A stretch of DNA of 64,000 nt from Guillardia theta CCMP2712 (taxonomy: Eukaryota; Protista; Cryptophyta): assembly GCF_000315625.1 (NCBI RefSeq), contig NW_005434558.1, positions 84,002-148,001 of the forward strand, in the 5' to 3' direction. Positions 52,701 to 64,000 of this stretch are shown in pieces. The notes under the pieces were generated by a model. It ran no database searches and was not told the origin of the DNA. It was given only the letters and a program-made list of their open reading frames with translations. Made by a program: the position numbers and the translations under genes. Positions within the stretch are counted from its first letter, which is position 1, and the number at the start of each line of letters is the position of its first letter.

Positions 52701-54408
52701 GACCTGTCGGCTGCTCTGCGCCGGAGCATGACGACGCTGTACGGGAGGCATCTGTCAGGTATGGCGATAGGCTTGAGGGTGGTTGGGGATCCGGGCGGCT
52801 GACAGAGGAGCAGAGGACGGGACCCAGCTCGACTACGGGGGGATGGCGGCGAGCGAAGAGTACGCGGGGTACAAGGCGCTGGCAGAAGGGCTGAGGGAGG
52901 TAGACACAAGGAGCATGGGAGAAGAGGAGCGGGTAGCCTTCTTCATCAACGTGTACAACTGCCTTGTGATCGACGCGATCATCTCTCTCGGGAAGCCCAA
53001 GGACCTGCTGTCGCGGCTGAGGATGTACGCGGAAGCCGCTTACAATATCGGGGGGGCGACCTTCTCCCTCAACGACATCGAGAACGGGGTGCTGAGAGGG
53101 AACCAGGTGATCGCCCATGCTGCATGCTTGGTGTACCGTGGTGCTGGAGGCGGCTGGGGGCTTGTGAGTCAGGGCGTCGTTGCGGGCTTGGTGTGGGAGT
53201 TGGTGTGGGAGAGGTCTAAGTCGTGCGCTCCTACCAGAGTCCGCCGACCATCAACCCCTTCGCTCAGGTGGGGCAGGGCAGTGGGGGAGGAAAGCGCGAG
53301 GCTGACTGGGAGGATGCAGAAGCCTTTCGGGGAGGGAGACGCCCGTGCGGGCATTGCGTGCAAGAAGCCAGGTAGAGAGAGTGCGAGGAGGGTCGAGGAG
53401 GGGGTACTAGGGGTACACGGAGGGAGCAAGAGGCAGGCAAAGAGGAGGGGTGGGGTGGTAGTGTCGGGGGCATGGCTGCTTTGGGAGAGGAGGTGATGGC
53501 TGTCACAACAGACCCCCGGATCCACTTCGCGCTCAACTGCGGGGCTAGAGGATGCCCGCCGATCAGGTTCTACCGAGGCGAAGAGCTGGACGCGATGCTG
53601 GACAAGGCGGCGAGGTCTTTCTGCAGGTCGATAGAGGTGAGCCGGGCTCCATGGCGAGGCAGGGGAGACGAGACTGGGAGGAGGCCTGAGGGGGAGCGGG
53701 AGAGGTGGAGATCAGGGAAGCGAGGGGTGATGACAGCTGACTGGGGGGATGCGATGGCAGGTGGACCAAGACAAGGGAGTGGTGTACATGTCTCAGATAT
53801 TCGAATGGTGCCTCGAGCCTGTCTGGGACTGGTACCAACTCGTTGCTTGGCAGGTATGAGAACGACTTCCAGTCAGACTCGACCGACAAGCCTCTCGTCT
53901 CAGCTATGAGCTGCAACGATGAACTAGACAAGAAAGCTTCTTGTGTCTGCGCGTGTGGATGTTTGGTTTCACGCCGCAAACGACCTCCTATCTCCACCTT
54001 GAGGTGTTTCTTGATACCAGCTGCCTGGCCTGGAAGCGCAAGCTGACGGCATCTGCTCTACTGTGACCGCTTAGGTTTGTGAAGAAGTACCTGGACGAGG
54101 ATAAGAAGGATGCTCTCTCTCGCTTCCTCGAGTCTGGCAAGGTGGAGGATCCGAGTTTATGCTCGTCTTCTCAGTTAGTGGTAGCCTCAGGATACCGTGA
54201 CTAGTCCAATGCTGCTGCAGTGCCGCTGTGTGGCTCACGAAAGCTTCATCCCGGCCAGTGACTCACAGTCAGCGAGACTTGACGAGGCTTGTCGGCCGCT
54301 AGTCCTCATCGCCTGACTTGATGTTTGAGTTTCCAGCACAGTACTGACTTCTTGGCAGGAGCTCGAAGTTCGCTATCAACAGTATGACTGGGGTCTTAAC
54401 TCATCTTG
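52701..54408 (+). CDS. DUF547-domain protein, copy 2 (5'-truncated duplicate, possibly pseudogene)
   Basis: Near-identical to 42314-43670, including introns. It lacks the 5' part of copy 1 and has its own last exon ...VRYQQYDWGLNSS*. Confidence 0.8.
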
Positions 54409-54659
54409 ATCCGAGACTGAGGGCGGCAGGGGCACATTCAAAGCCTGAATCATGATATTATTGAAGTAGTCTGACACTAGTTAGGCTGTTATGAATATTA
54501 TTGAAATCAGTGCCTTAAATCCTGCAAAGTTAAGTGAAAATCAGAAGGTAGTGCCGAGTTGTCTTTATTGGGGTATGGGGGGGCAGGGAAGTTTATGGCA
54601 GTGAAGAAGGCGAGTGGCGATGGCAGCGGTCGGCGAGCAACCGGCGATAAGAAGGAAAG

Positions 54660-57150
54660 AATGTCGACAATGAGGAGACGAACCCAATCACTGATAGAGC
54701 ACACGATGAGTTGCTCTTAGTCTTGGACAGCAGTTCGATTGATGTCCGGCCCTCAACAGGCGGCCCTATGAGTACAGCGAAGCGACTCTGCCTCTTGATC
54801 ACTTGTGAACAATCAACCTTGCCTCCTGGTGCAAAACCAAGACAGCGAAATGATGACATGGAAAACTAAATCGAGTCGTCAAGAGCTCTGGAATGCTGAG
54901 CTGCATCGTTGCAAAATAGACGTGTTGTTGTTTGGCTGACCGGTTGGCGATGGGCTAGGGGAGGGAAGGTCACAAGAAATCTAGTTCGATGTTTGAGCTT
55001 TAGACGATACCATTGACAGACTACAAGACGATCCCTCAACGATTCTACAGATTGGCGACCTCGCAAACGATTCGAATCTGTGACTTTCTGTGATTTTGTG
55101 GATATCAAAGGTGTCAAAGCGATGGAAGTTCAACACCAGCTGCATGGAGTTTCGCAGCGCCTCTATGTTCTGCCCATGTCGTCGATCCCTCGAACAGCAG
55201 ACGATTTCAGATCTGAAAGAACGCCTCGTCCTACCTTGCCAAGAATCAGCACAAGCGATACGGCAATGAGTTCCATGTTCAGAAACCACGAGGCAAAACT
55301 TAGAAGAAGATTCAGTGACAAGGAGTTTTTGATCCACGGAAATGCAATCTTGTCTCAGAATGCAACATCGCAGAAGCCGAGGAAAGTCAAGCCTGTGGAG
55401 ATCGAATCTACTTGGAGTCAGCAAGTCAAATTTATCAACGAGAGAAGATCCAGGTTTGTGGAGAAAAAGCAGCCAGGTGTTTCAGAAAATATGACAGAAT
55501 AAGATTTAACAAATGAGTGTCTTTTTGTTCTTAGATGTTGCTGATGAATACGGAAATGCTTCAAGACAGATCAATGTATTTTCAATCCTTAACAAATCCG
55601 CCTTCTTCTTGATTACTTGACTCAAACTAGATCATTCTGAATGGAAAGCTATATGATGGAGCAGGGGACGTTCTGAGAACAAGGTCGGAAGTTATAACAT
55701 ATTTGTTCTCTAGACGTGGTCACGATTTCGTTTTATTCAGAAAACTACAGCAGATTTCACCAGGGAAGAGCAAGCGATTATTCTCCATCACTCGTTCCAA
55801 TGGCAAGAAAACAGGGGAGATGCAAGTTGCAGGGGTATCGTGCAAGCTTCCTGAGGTGAGAAAATGCATGCTACATGTTCCGGTCGATGACAAGTGTCAT
55901 TACAGCACAGAGTTGAGCACACGTTTGTAACGAGCGAGGAATCTTTCAAGGCACTGAAGAGCTACATCCCCACCCTCGAAGACATAGTGAACAAGGAGCT
56001 AGACGACATGAGACTCGAAACTCGAGTGACCGGAAACTCCTCGCTTGTTCGCCAGATGAAAACTCAGGCGCTCAAGTTTAGAAGGTGAGAGTCGATCACG
56101 AGAGCTGTCTGTTGGCGTGAGGCAACAAAACAGGTTCTTGGAAAGCGTGATTACATCTTCCGAGAGACTAGGAGAGGTGGCATTCCGTGAATGCTGGTTT
56201 GCGGAGCATGTGTCTGCAAAGACAAGGAGAAAGATTCTGAGCGATACGTGGAGCACGTTGACATCCAACGACTTTCGGATCGCAGAAGACTTCTTCCGAA
56301 TGTTCGTTCCAGACCTTGCGGAGCTGAGCACTAAGTGAGGGGAGGCGAAGCTGCCGGGGCCGCCTGATTCGGTGACTGGCCCTGCCGCAGGGCTGAGGAT
56401 GACGATGAGGAAAGCGGTGAACTGCTCGTCAAGATGTTCGAGACCTTGACAGGAAGGTAACTTGATCCTCCAGTCTCCTCCTGTGTTTATCCTGTGTTTG
56501 TTCAAATTTGCTGTTCAAGGCCGTTGCAAGCCCTGGAGGACGACGATGCGATTGTATCTCAACACCCGGAGACTGCGAACAGATATGAGAGACTGAAAGA
56601 GCTCGACTCCGAGCTTGCTCAGGTCAGTGAAGGGCGCGAGTGCTGTGATTGAGCTCACATCCCCGTGACTGGATTCCAGACATGTCTCCTGTGCCGAGCG
56701 ATGATTGTTCCTCATTTCTTCTTGATCCTCTTGTCGTCTCATGGCAAGCAAATCTCAGTCTCCGTCAACTGCCCACAGGTAACACGAACGCCTCTCCGCC
56801 AGGGCGATCAGACGCCTTGCCTGAAGAGTTTTGTGAACAGAGCGAGCACCAGAAGCTTTGGGTCAAGACTTGCTTGTTGATCAAAGTTCAGGTGCGGCAT
56901 CACGTGTTGTGTGCATGTTTGCATGTTTGCATGTTTGCATGTGCTGCTGATGATGTTGGAGTCTCGATTCGACATGAAACTCGATGTCGTTGACTTGCGA
57001 TGCTCCAGCAAGTGCTCGAGTCCTTGCTCAACTGTCTTCCCCGTCGCATCGTCAACTCGTCTTGTCCTGTAGTCCCATGTGGGATCCCTAGAACGGCGAT
57101 CGGCTGACCCGACCCAGAAGTGTTACGGGGAGGCAGCGAATATAAAGTAA
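54660..57150 (+). CDS. spliced gene of unknown function (boundaries approximate)
   Basis: Series of complex-sequence exons (55080-55502, 55930-56084, 56130-56335 etc.) separated by ~50-nt GT-AG introns. Confidence 0.45.
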
Positions 57151-57591
57151 ATTTAAAGTTAATAAATGCCGTTTGTGTCTTCCACCTCGGATCTATCTTT
57201 TATCTGAGGCGGGTTTCTCAAAGTGATCGCATTGAAGTTTCATCACCCCTGTCAAGATGACCCTACCTGGGCTGTAGCACTATTGCAAGCCTTCTCCAAA
57301 CACCGGTACTCTTACCACCCCTACCCCTGCAAGAGTATATGCTCCCTCTCGTGGCCGCCGCGACATAGCATTCAACCCGCCTCTCCTCCTCCTCCTCCTC
57401 CTCCTCCCCTTCCCACGTCAGACATCTCGTCCCTTCTTCTCTCCTCCTCCTCCTGATCAACCCATCTATCTGCAGTGCCCATCTCGCTCCTGGGTGCAGG
57501 GGAGATCAAGCCACCCGAAGCAACGGTTGTGACGCTCGCCTGAAACCCGCAAGCAGCAGCCACAGGCACTTCATCCTCATCTTCTCTTAGG

Positions 57592-58612
57592 ATGCACTCT
57601 TGGACTTTCCGACTCAACGCTCTGTTCACCTTCACCGTGACAGTTCTTGCCTTTCTGTCTGCCCTGAACGCGCTCTCGGTACGAACCTGCCGAACTCTTC
57701 GATCTTCAAGTCGTGATGCCCTGTGAGACTCATGGTATGTTGTCAGGTTGCCTTCTACAAGCCTGTTCCCGTCGCAACCATTGAAAATGTCAAGTTGAAT
57801 CGCCTTCCTGGCTCAGGGTAAGGCTTCTCTATCGCTCCTCTTCCTCCAATCCTCTGCCATTGACCCGGCAAAACAGTCCCAAGAGGCCGAATGCAGAAGC
57901 TCGAGTCATGTTCGACATGAGTGCAGATCTGCGATCCCTTTTCACGTGGAACACAAAGCTAGTCTTCCTCTACGTCACTGCCGAATACAGCACGGAGCTG
58001 AATCGCCTGAACCAAGTTGTCATCTGGGATTATGTGATTGAGAACGTCAAGGTGGGAGGGTCGTCTAGCTTCCAGCAAGTCTCCTTCTCACCCTTGGCGT
58101 TCAGGACGCTCAGCTGACTGTCGGAAAGTCACAAACTCTGCTGTTGCCCCGGCATCACAACGAGTATCCTCTAGTTGATCAGGTGCGATTTGTTAATTGG
58201 TGGCGTTTTTCTTTCATCAATTTTCTTTTCCCGGTTTCCCGGTGAATTGTTGACCAATATTTCTTGCATGGATTCGTGCCTAAGTCTAGCATGCTGTAGA
58301 TATTCTCTCCTCTCCTCTGTTGATCGTGTTGCTGTTTCTTTTCGTGTCATGTACTCTTTGCAAGCCCGCCTGCTTCTTCCGCTCATCATCACGCTGACAT
58401 CTGGAGCAGGGTCGAGGCATCCGAAGCTCTGCGGACAACGTCACTTTGTACCTCAACTGGTCGGATCTTCTTGTGCCTCAGGAAGGGAAGGGAAGTGACG
58501 GGCGAGCAGGTGTACCATGCCGGTTGTGGGCTTCATCTCTCGTCAGAGGGAGGGAAAGACGGAGTTCAAGTTCCCCGAGACGTGGGAGAAACTTGCTGCT
58601 GCTTCCAAGTGA
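57592..58612 (+). CDS. SPCS3: signal peptidase complex subunit 3 (SPC22/23)
   Basis: MHSWTFRLNALFTFTVTVL..., FDMSADLRSLFTWNTKLVFLYVTAEY....NQVVIWD, EYPLVDQG.G...NVTLYLNW.TMPVVG. Confidence 0.93.
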
Positions 58613-58932
58613 TGTGGTGGGTGATGCAAGGAAGAATAAACTACAGCCTGATGATCACAAGCTTCGGAATCATCAATGGTCTTTCTTCTTTCATTTGTCG
58701 AGCAAACTGCTCTCTTTGTCCAAAGGTTGTAACTGGTTACCATTCAACGATTGCTTAGTTTGTTCGCGGCACAGTCTGTTTGAACCCGTGATGAAAGACA
58801 CGAAATATGGGACATTAGCACTTGAATGTTGATGTATTGCAATCACTGGGGTATGGACACAGTAGTTGAAGTTATGTTGACAAGATATTGGCCGTCTCAT
58901 GAGGACGACATGTAAAGTTGAGCAGAGAAGAA

Positions 58933-60018
58933 TCACTGCAAGCTTGACTCGCAGACCATCTTCTGCTTGTTGGCGACGAGATTGCAAGCGCAGGCCTTGT
59001 TGACGCATTGAGTTTCGACCTGTTAACTTGAGTCAGAACCATCACCAGTGCAAGGGTCGAACAGCAACAAGAGCAAAGACAACGACTCCCAACACGTTCA
59101 AGACAGGGGAGAGGAAAGACTGAGACGCATCTCTAAACTCACCACGTCCTCCGTCTTGCCGCTGACAAAGAGGATGTCACCGAAGTAGATGTTCTGGTAG
59201 GTCTGGCAGCGTGGGCACTGGACGGAGGTCACGAATGGCTTCTGGAAGAGGAGGAAGTTTGTGATGGCCCAGGTGAAGCCCGCGATGAAGGGAGAGTTGA
59301 TGACCAGAGAGGTGAGGGGGTTGGGCGATCCTCCTTGCAGGGTGGTGAACCAGTAGGCGAGCTCCGACCACACGATGGTGACGACAATGAGGGCAGGGAA
59401 GTAGAGCACCGCGTTCTTGGTGGTGTCGGGGATGAGATCGGACTTGCACGTCTGTCCATCTACCTTGCAGGTCGGGACCTCGTGGATCACAGCACGGCTG
59501 TTCTGCTGCTTCAGCTTCCTTCGCAGCGAGTCGAACTCTTCGTCAGACATGATGGGCTTCCCCTCCTGGTATCGGTTCGCCGCGACCATGAATTTGACCT
59601 CCTCACGGCTCATCAGCCCCACGTAGCTTCCCTCGAAGGCCAAGTCTGACTTGAGCTTGTCGTACTCGGCATCTGAGAGGATCGACTTGCCGTCATTGTG
59701 GAAGGCGCTGGTGGCGTCGAGGTAGAGCTTCTCCTTGGCAGCGAGGGTCAGCTTGACAGGATTTCCCTCCTTGTCCACTCCGAAGAACTCGCTCTCTCCC
59801 CCGAGCTCCTTCACCATGATATTGGAAGCGTCACTCCCGCTCTCCTGCATCCTCAGTGACAGCGAGGCCTTGGGCCTGGAAGCCCTGAGTGCTCTGGACA
59901 AGGGCTGTACCGCTGCCCTTCCACCCATACGGGAGGGGAGGACAGAGGAGGGAGAGAAAGCGGAAGAGGAGGAAATGCCGGCAAGGGCAACAACTCCAGC
60001 TGCAACTTTGGCGTACAT
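58933..60018 (-). CDS. PGRL1: PGR5-like protein 1 (cyclic electron flow), plastid-targeted
   Basis: KEKLYLDA..AF...GKSILSDAEYDKLK.DL.FEGS..., GKPIMSDEEFDSLR.KLK, Cys pairs (TCK...TC; CPRC; C...C). Presequence MYAKVAAGVVALAGISSSSAF is signal peptide + AF motif. Last exon ends 58933. Confidence 0.92.
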
Positions 60019-60759
60019 CTTCAAACGGTTGGAAAGTGTAGAAGTACCAGCGCCTGGCACACGAACCGTCACAAAAATGTTACGCGACTTGTTGGAGCAT
60101 GAATGTGAAACTGGAAGTAAGAGTTGTGGTTGCTCCGCCATCACACAATCAGATGAAAAAACAGATACGAGTGCAAGACACGCTCACTGCTGAAGAGAAC
60201 AAATCGTGCTCGATCGACATTTCACCCACTTTTACAGCTGCCCGGGTAGAGGCACACGAGGGTTGTGAACACATCGAGACATCAGAACAATATCAGAAAG
60301 CAAAGAAACGAATGAGAACAGAACCGAACAAAACCAGATTGACCATGACCAATGTTCCAACACTTGATCTCAATGCTGTCGTAGATCAAGTATTTGATGG
60401 GTTGAGTGAGACATCAAGATGAAAGTGGCAGGTAAAGACAAGGTTCAAGCAAGACATTGATGTACTCAAGCACTTGAGCTGATGGCAAAGAGAATAATAA
60501 GTTGCTGTCAGAGGTCTATCCTGGTTGGTTTCAAACAAAAAGACAGAGGATCTGGACCAAGGACCAATGTCCCTAGGATCATTCCAGAGAACATATCCTT
60601 CCATCACTGGTTTTCACTCTAGGTGAGGGTAGACTATATTCTCGATACTGGCAACCCTGTCTAACTAAGAATGTTATCAGCACGATCTCCCTCCTCTTCC
60701 TCCTCTCGCTCCCCCCCCGCCCCAGCTTCCATGTTCTTTCGTCATTCGGCATAGACCCA

Positions 60760-61660
60760 GCGCACCACGCAACGACCCCCTTGGATAATAACCCCCACAT
60801 ACATACCCAATACCTACCTCCCTTTCGTTCGAACGATTCAATATAAAAATATTTTATATTTGAAATATATTTCTCAGATATTGAAACTTACTCGAAAGAA
60901 ATCGTACAAAGCTCACAATAGGCGAGCCTACAAGATCTTGATTAATACTACCACCCCACCCCACCCCACCCATCAGCACCCACCCTTTGAAAAGCTGTGC
61001 ACCCCGAAGGATGGAAGGAATGATGAGACTATCAAAATTATTTCAGTTAATAATTGTCAGTATAGCGGGTACTACCCCACCCCCATTTATGCTTTCGTCT
61101 TCATTGTAACTACCCCGTAAAATCTGCTGCGCCTGTGTCTTTACAGGACCTTTATATGTGGCGGGCCCAATCAGCCGCCGGCCGCCGGGTAGCGATGATC
61201 GCGGCATCCGATCTGATCGGATGCCGGCATGCCGCAGTGCGGCCGGAGACGCCCGGCCGGTACCGTCGGCGGCCGCCCGCGGCCGCCGGGGCCGGGCCCG
61301 GAGGGCCATCCGGTCCTGATCATCCGCCGGACGGCCCCGGACTGACGCGGCCGTCGGCGGCCCGGATCATCGGATGGGGCCTCAGCCTTCAAGTTCGGGC
61401 CTCCGACGGACTCGGGTCGGGCCGGCCCGGCGGGCGGGCCGCCACCGTCCGTCCGGGAGTCAAAGTGTGGCGCGGCACCGTGACTGGTCGCGTGACCAGG
61501 GCGGGGCGGCCCGGCCGGGCGCCGGGCACTCCGAGTCGGTCCGAGGCTCAGCGGGACTCCCGCCCGGCCGGCCCCCGGTGCCGTCAGCCCCGGGCCGGCG
61601 GCCCCACGGACCGGCGCCGCCGGCGTACGGGCCGTAACCGTTCAACGGCCGCCTCCTGGC
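60760..61660. repeat. TACCACCCCACCC-motif segment plus GC/CpG-rich island
   Basis: tactaccaccccacccc at ~60946 and ~61070, followed by a ggccggcccgg-rich block. Confidence 0.5.
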
Positions 61661-61946
61661 AAGCTGCTGCAGTTGGATTGCAATCAGGGAATATGAACGG
61701 AACAAGAAATACGATATATCCTTTAGATGATTCACCCGACGCTTCGCACACTGCTGAGAACAGAAGACCTATAACCGAGCTCTGTAAAGACCAGGGTATT
61801 CCTGGAGCGCCCATTGCCCTTCCGCCCCTCAACTCAGGTAACAACACGCTAAACATGTCTGTTCTCGTCCTGTTTCGTCCTGACTTTAACTTGCTTCAGG
61901 AGGACAGCAAGACATTGCTGATCTATCGAACTTCGTCTCTTCAACC

Positions 61947-63875
61947 TTGAACCGTTACAACCTGATGACATCCGCATGCATCAGTGCTTTGGCAAGAACG
62001 GAGTTGTCGTTGGAGGACTGCATGCAGAGGGAAGTGTTTCACCTCAAGAGCACCCCTTCCGACAGCATCTTCTTCACAGCGAAACCCTTCTCCAGCGGGT
62101 TGTCGAAGGCACCGTTGAGAGCCTACATCTTCCTGTGCACTTTATCGTTCGCTATCTCTGCCATCATGCTGTGTCAAGGCGTTGTCTATCCGCTTGTAGG
62201 ATACGAAGGCCAGTCGTTCAACTGTAGCAGGCCCCGGTTCTGGAGGAGAATGGCATCCGACGAGTTTCAACTGGAGGTGGAGAGTTTTGGGATTGCATGG
62301 GGAGATGGGCCACGGCTGTACGAGAAGAGTACAACTTTACACAGCTTCACGACTGCTAGCACCTCCTTCAGCGTTGAAACCTACGGAGAACCTATGAAAT
62401 TCAATGGGATTTATTTTATTCTGAAGGAGCCATTTCAAGGCGAACCATACATTTGGTCTGAATTTACACTGCACTACACAAGGGACAACATCACATTCAC
62501 AAAGCAGAGTTGGCGAGGATGGATTGATATCATTGACAGCGCGCGCAGGATTGCACTTTTCCGGTGGGGCCCGGTAACAACAGTCAACATGGATTTTTTC
62601 TTGTGGATTTTTTGCTATACGATTGTTGCAATACTGTTTACATTTTCCATCGTCTTCATTCTGATCCAAAAGGAGCATTACGTAAAGCCTTTAGTGTTAG
62701 CCGGCATCGTCGTACTTATGATCATATCAATATGCGATGTTCCTGTCAGGGCAACCACATGGCATATGGAGAACAATGTGGACGACATCGTATCAATTGT
62801 CCTGCAAGGGCTGATGGGCGCATTGCTTTTCATTCTTTTTCTTGCAATCTGGGCAGAAAAGAATCTACTATTGAGTATCATGCTCTATGGCTGCTGTAAT
62901 ATTGCGTCGAGTGCGGCAACGTATAAAGGGAAAGGAAGTTTTGACGTTCTCGCACTTTTGGGGTATGGCATCCTCCCCTGCTGTTTTGTGTTATATAATG
63001 TAATCAGAATGAGGCTTCTGACTACTTCAGCTCATCGGCTCATGAATGAAGACCTGGTCAAATACAATGACGTTTTCCTCTCGATGATAGAAGGATCAAG
63101 CTCATCAGATTTAACTGATCTAGAGAACACTTCAATCAAGATTCACCAAGAAATCTCAACTACTTCCAAGCAAGCTAGGCAAATGTTGAATGTCAAAAAT
63201 GTTCACGAAGTAGCGAAGCAATTGAAATTGCCTAATGCCAAAGCTGTCGAAGGACGTTTGAAATCATTTCTATCTCAGCAGCTCAGGCTTGGAAGCAAAA
63301 ATGGAGAAGAGTTTGTACCACTGACCAACTTGGATTTTTTGTATACGCAGGCTTGCATGGTGTATCCGCTGATGAGAGAGGTGGTATTGGGGTGGGCAAA
63401 GGCTTCAGGGGGGGCTCTTAGCCATGGTGCACATGAAATCGAGGACTTGGAAGAGCACATGTCAAATTCTAGCGAGCATCTTCTCGCACAAAGACTCAAA
63501 GCTCCGAGCAGAGCCATCGAGAAGGTGATACGTTGCTACGGAGGAGACGCCTCCTTTCTTTTGGACATCTGCAGAGAGTCGATTGTGTTCAGCGACACGG
63601 CAAGCCTTGTCAAGTGCCTGCAGATCATTCATGCAGATAGCAACGTCCGTATCTGCCGTATCAAGAATCGATACTCTAGCAGCTTCAATGCGTACGAGAC
63701 TGGAGGATACCGAGACGTGGCCTTGAACCTGCAGCTCAAGACAGGGGACGCTGAGCTTCTGGGGGTCGATCATCATACTTTCGAGCTGCTTCTGATCCAT
63801 GAGCATTTCTATGCAATCAAGGACAAAGACGGGCATGAGCGATATGTGCGATGGAGGAATATGAGGGGGCGATGA
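61947..63875 (+). CDS. multi-pass membrane protein with C-terminal RelA/SpoT-like nucleotidyltransferase domain (5' exons probably from ~61694)
   Basis: About 6 hydrophobic segments, then RLKAPSRAIEK, LLDICR, RIKNRY, GGYRDVALNL, FELLL, GHERY. Confidence 0.72.
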   Translation: MNRYNLMTSACISALARTELSLEDCMQREVFHLKSTPSDSIFFTAKPFSSGLSKAPLRAYIFLCTLSFAISAIMLCQGVVYPLVGYEGQSFNCSRPRFWRRMASDEFQLEVESFGIAWGDGPRLYEKSTTLHSFTTASTSFSVETYGEPMKFNGIYFILKEPFQGEPYIWSEFTLHYTRDNITFTKQSWRGWIDIIDSARRIALFRWGPVTTVNMDFFLWIFCYTIVAILFTFSIVFILIQKEHYVKPLVLAGIVVLMIISICDVPVRATTWHMENNVDDIVSIVLQGLMGALLFILFLAIWAEKNLLLSIMLYGCCNIASSAATYKGKGSFDVLALLGYGILPCCFVLYNVIRMRLLTTSAHRLMNEDLVKYNDVFLSMIEGSSSSDLTDLENTSIKIHQEISTTSKQARQMLNVKNVHEVAKQLKLPNAKAVEGRLKSFLSQQLRLGSKNGEEFVPLTNLDFLYTQACMVYPLMREVVLGWAKASGGALSHGAHEIEDLEEHMSNSSEHLLAQRLKAPSRAIEKVIRCYGGDASFLLDICRESIVFSDTASLVKCLQIIHADSNVRICRIKNRYSSSFNAYETGGYRDVALNLQLKTGDAELLGVDHHTFELLLIHEHFYAIKDKDGHERYVRWRNMRGR

Positions 63876-64000
63876 CAGTAAAATGATTGAATCACTCAAG
63901 GCTTCTGACTTCAATGACAAATCATGCCGGCCACCCGGACGGAGCCTCGGAGGCTACACTGAAGTAGTACCGTAGTACCACCGTCGCCAGTGGGCCGCGC

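Noticed and set aside
61135-61690. Arg/Gly/Pro-rich N-terminal half of ORF 61135-61950
   Set aside because: Read-through of a GC-rich island that lacks stops by composition.

Overview
Intron-rich, microsatellite-laden eukaryotic nuclear DNA. It is most likely from a cryptophyte alga such as Guillardia theta (inferred): short GT-AG introns carry GCTGAC branch points, PGRL1 has a bipartite 'signal peptide + AF' plastid presequence, and flagellar CCDC39 is present. Recognisable genes: RING-like/coiled-coil/FN3 protein, TPR-like protein, PDCD5, CCDC39 (with an apparent 1-nt frameshift), RRM protein, Angel/CCR4-type EEP with an inserted CCCH finger, zinc-knuckle + TrmY-like SPOUT methyltransferase, Sel1-repeat protein, Na+/H+ exchanger, a Mutator-like element carrying a Ulp1 protease, two DUF547 copies, an alpha/beta hydrolase, SPCS3, PGRL1 and a membrane-anchored RelA/SpoT-like nucleotidyltransferase. 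The standout is 45.9-50.2 kb. The ORF track shows nothing convincing there, but it is a tandem array of 39 intron units, each ending in AG|NNN|GT. These define 37 single-codon (3-nt) and two 6-nt micro-exons. They splice in frame into a downstream tyrosine-kinase-type + RING gene whose kinase has a WNK-like displaced catalytic lysine. All splice models were read by eye and are unverified by transcripts.
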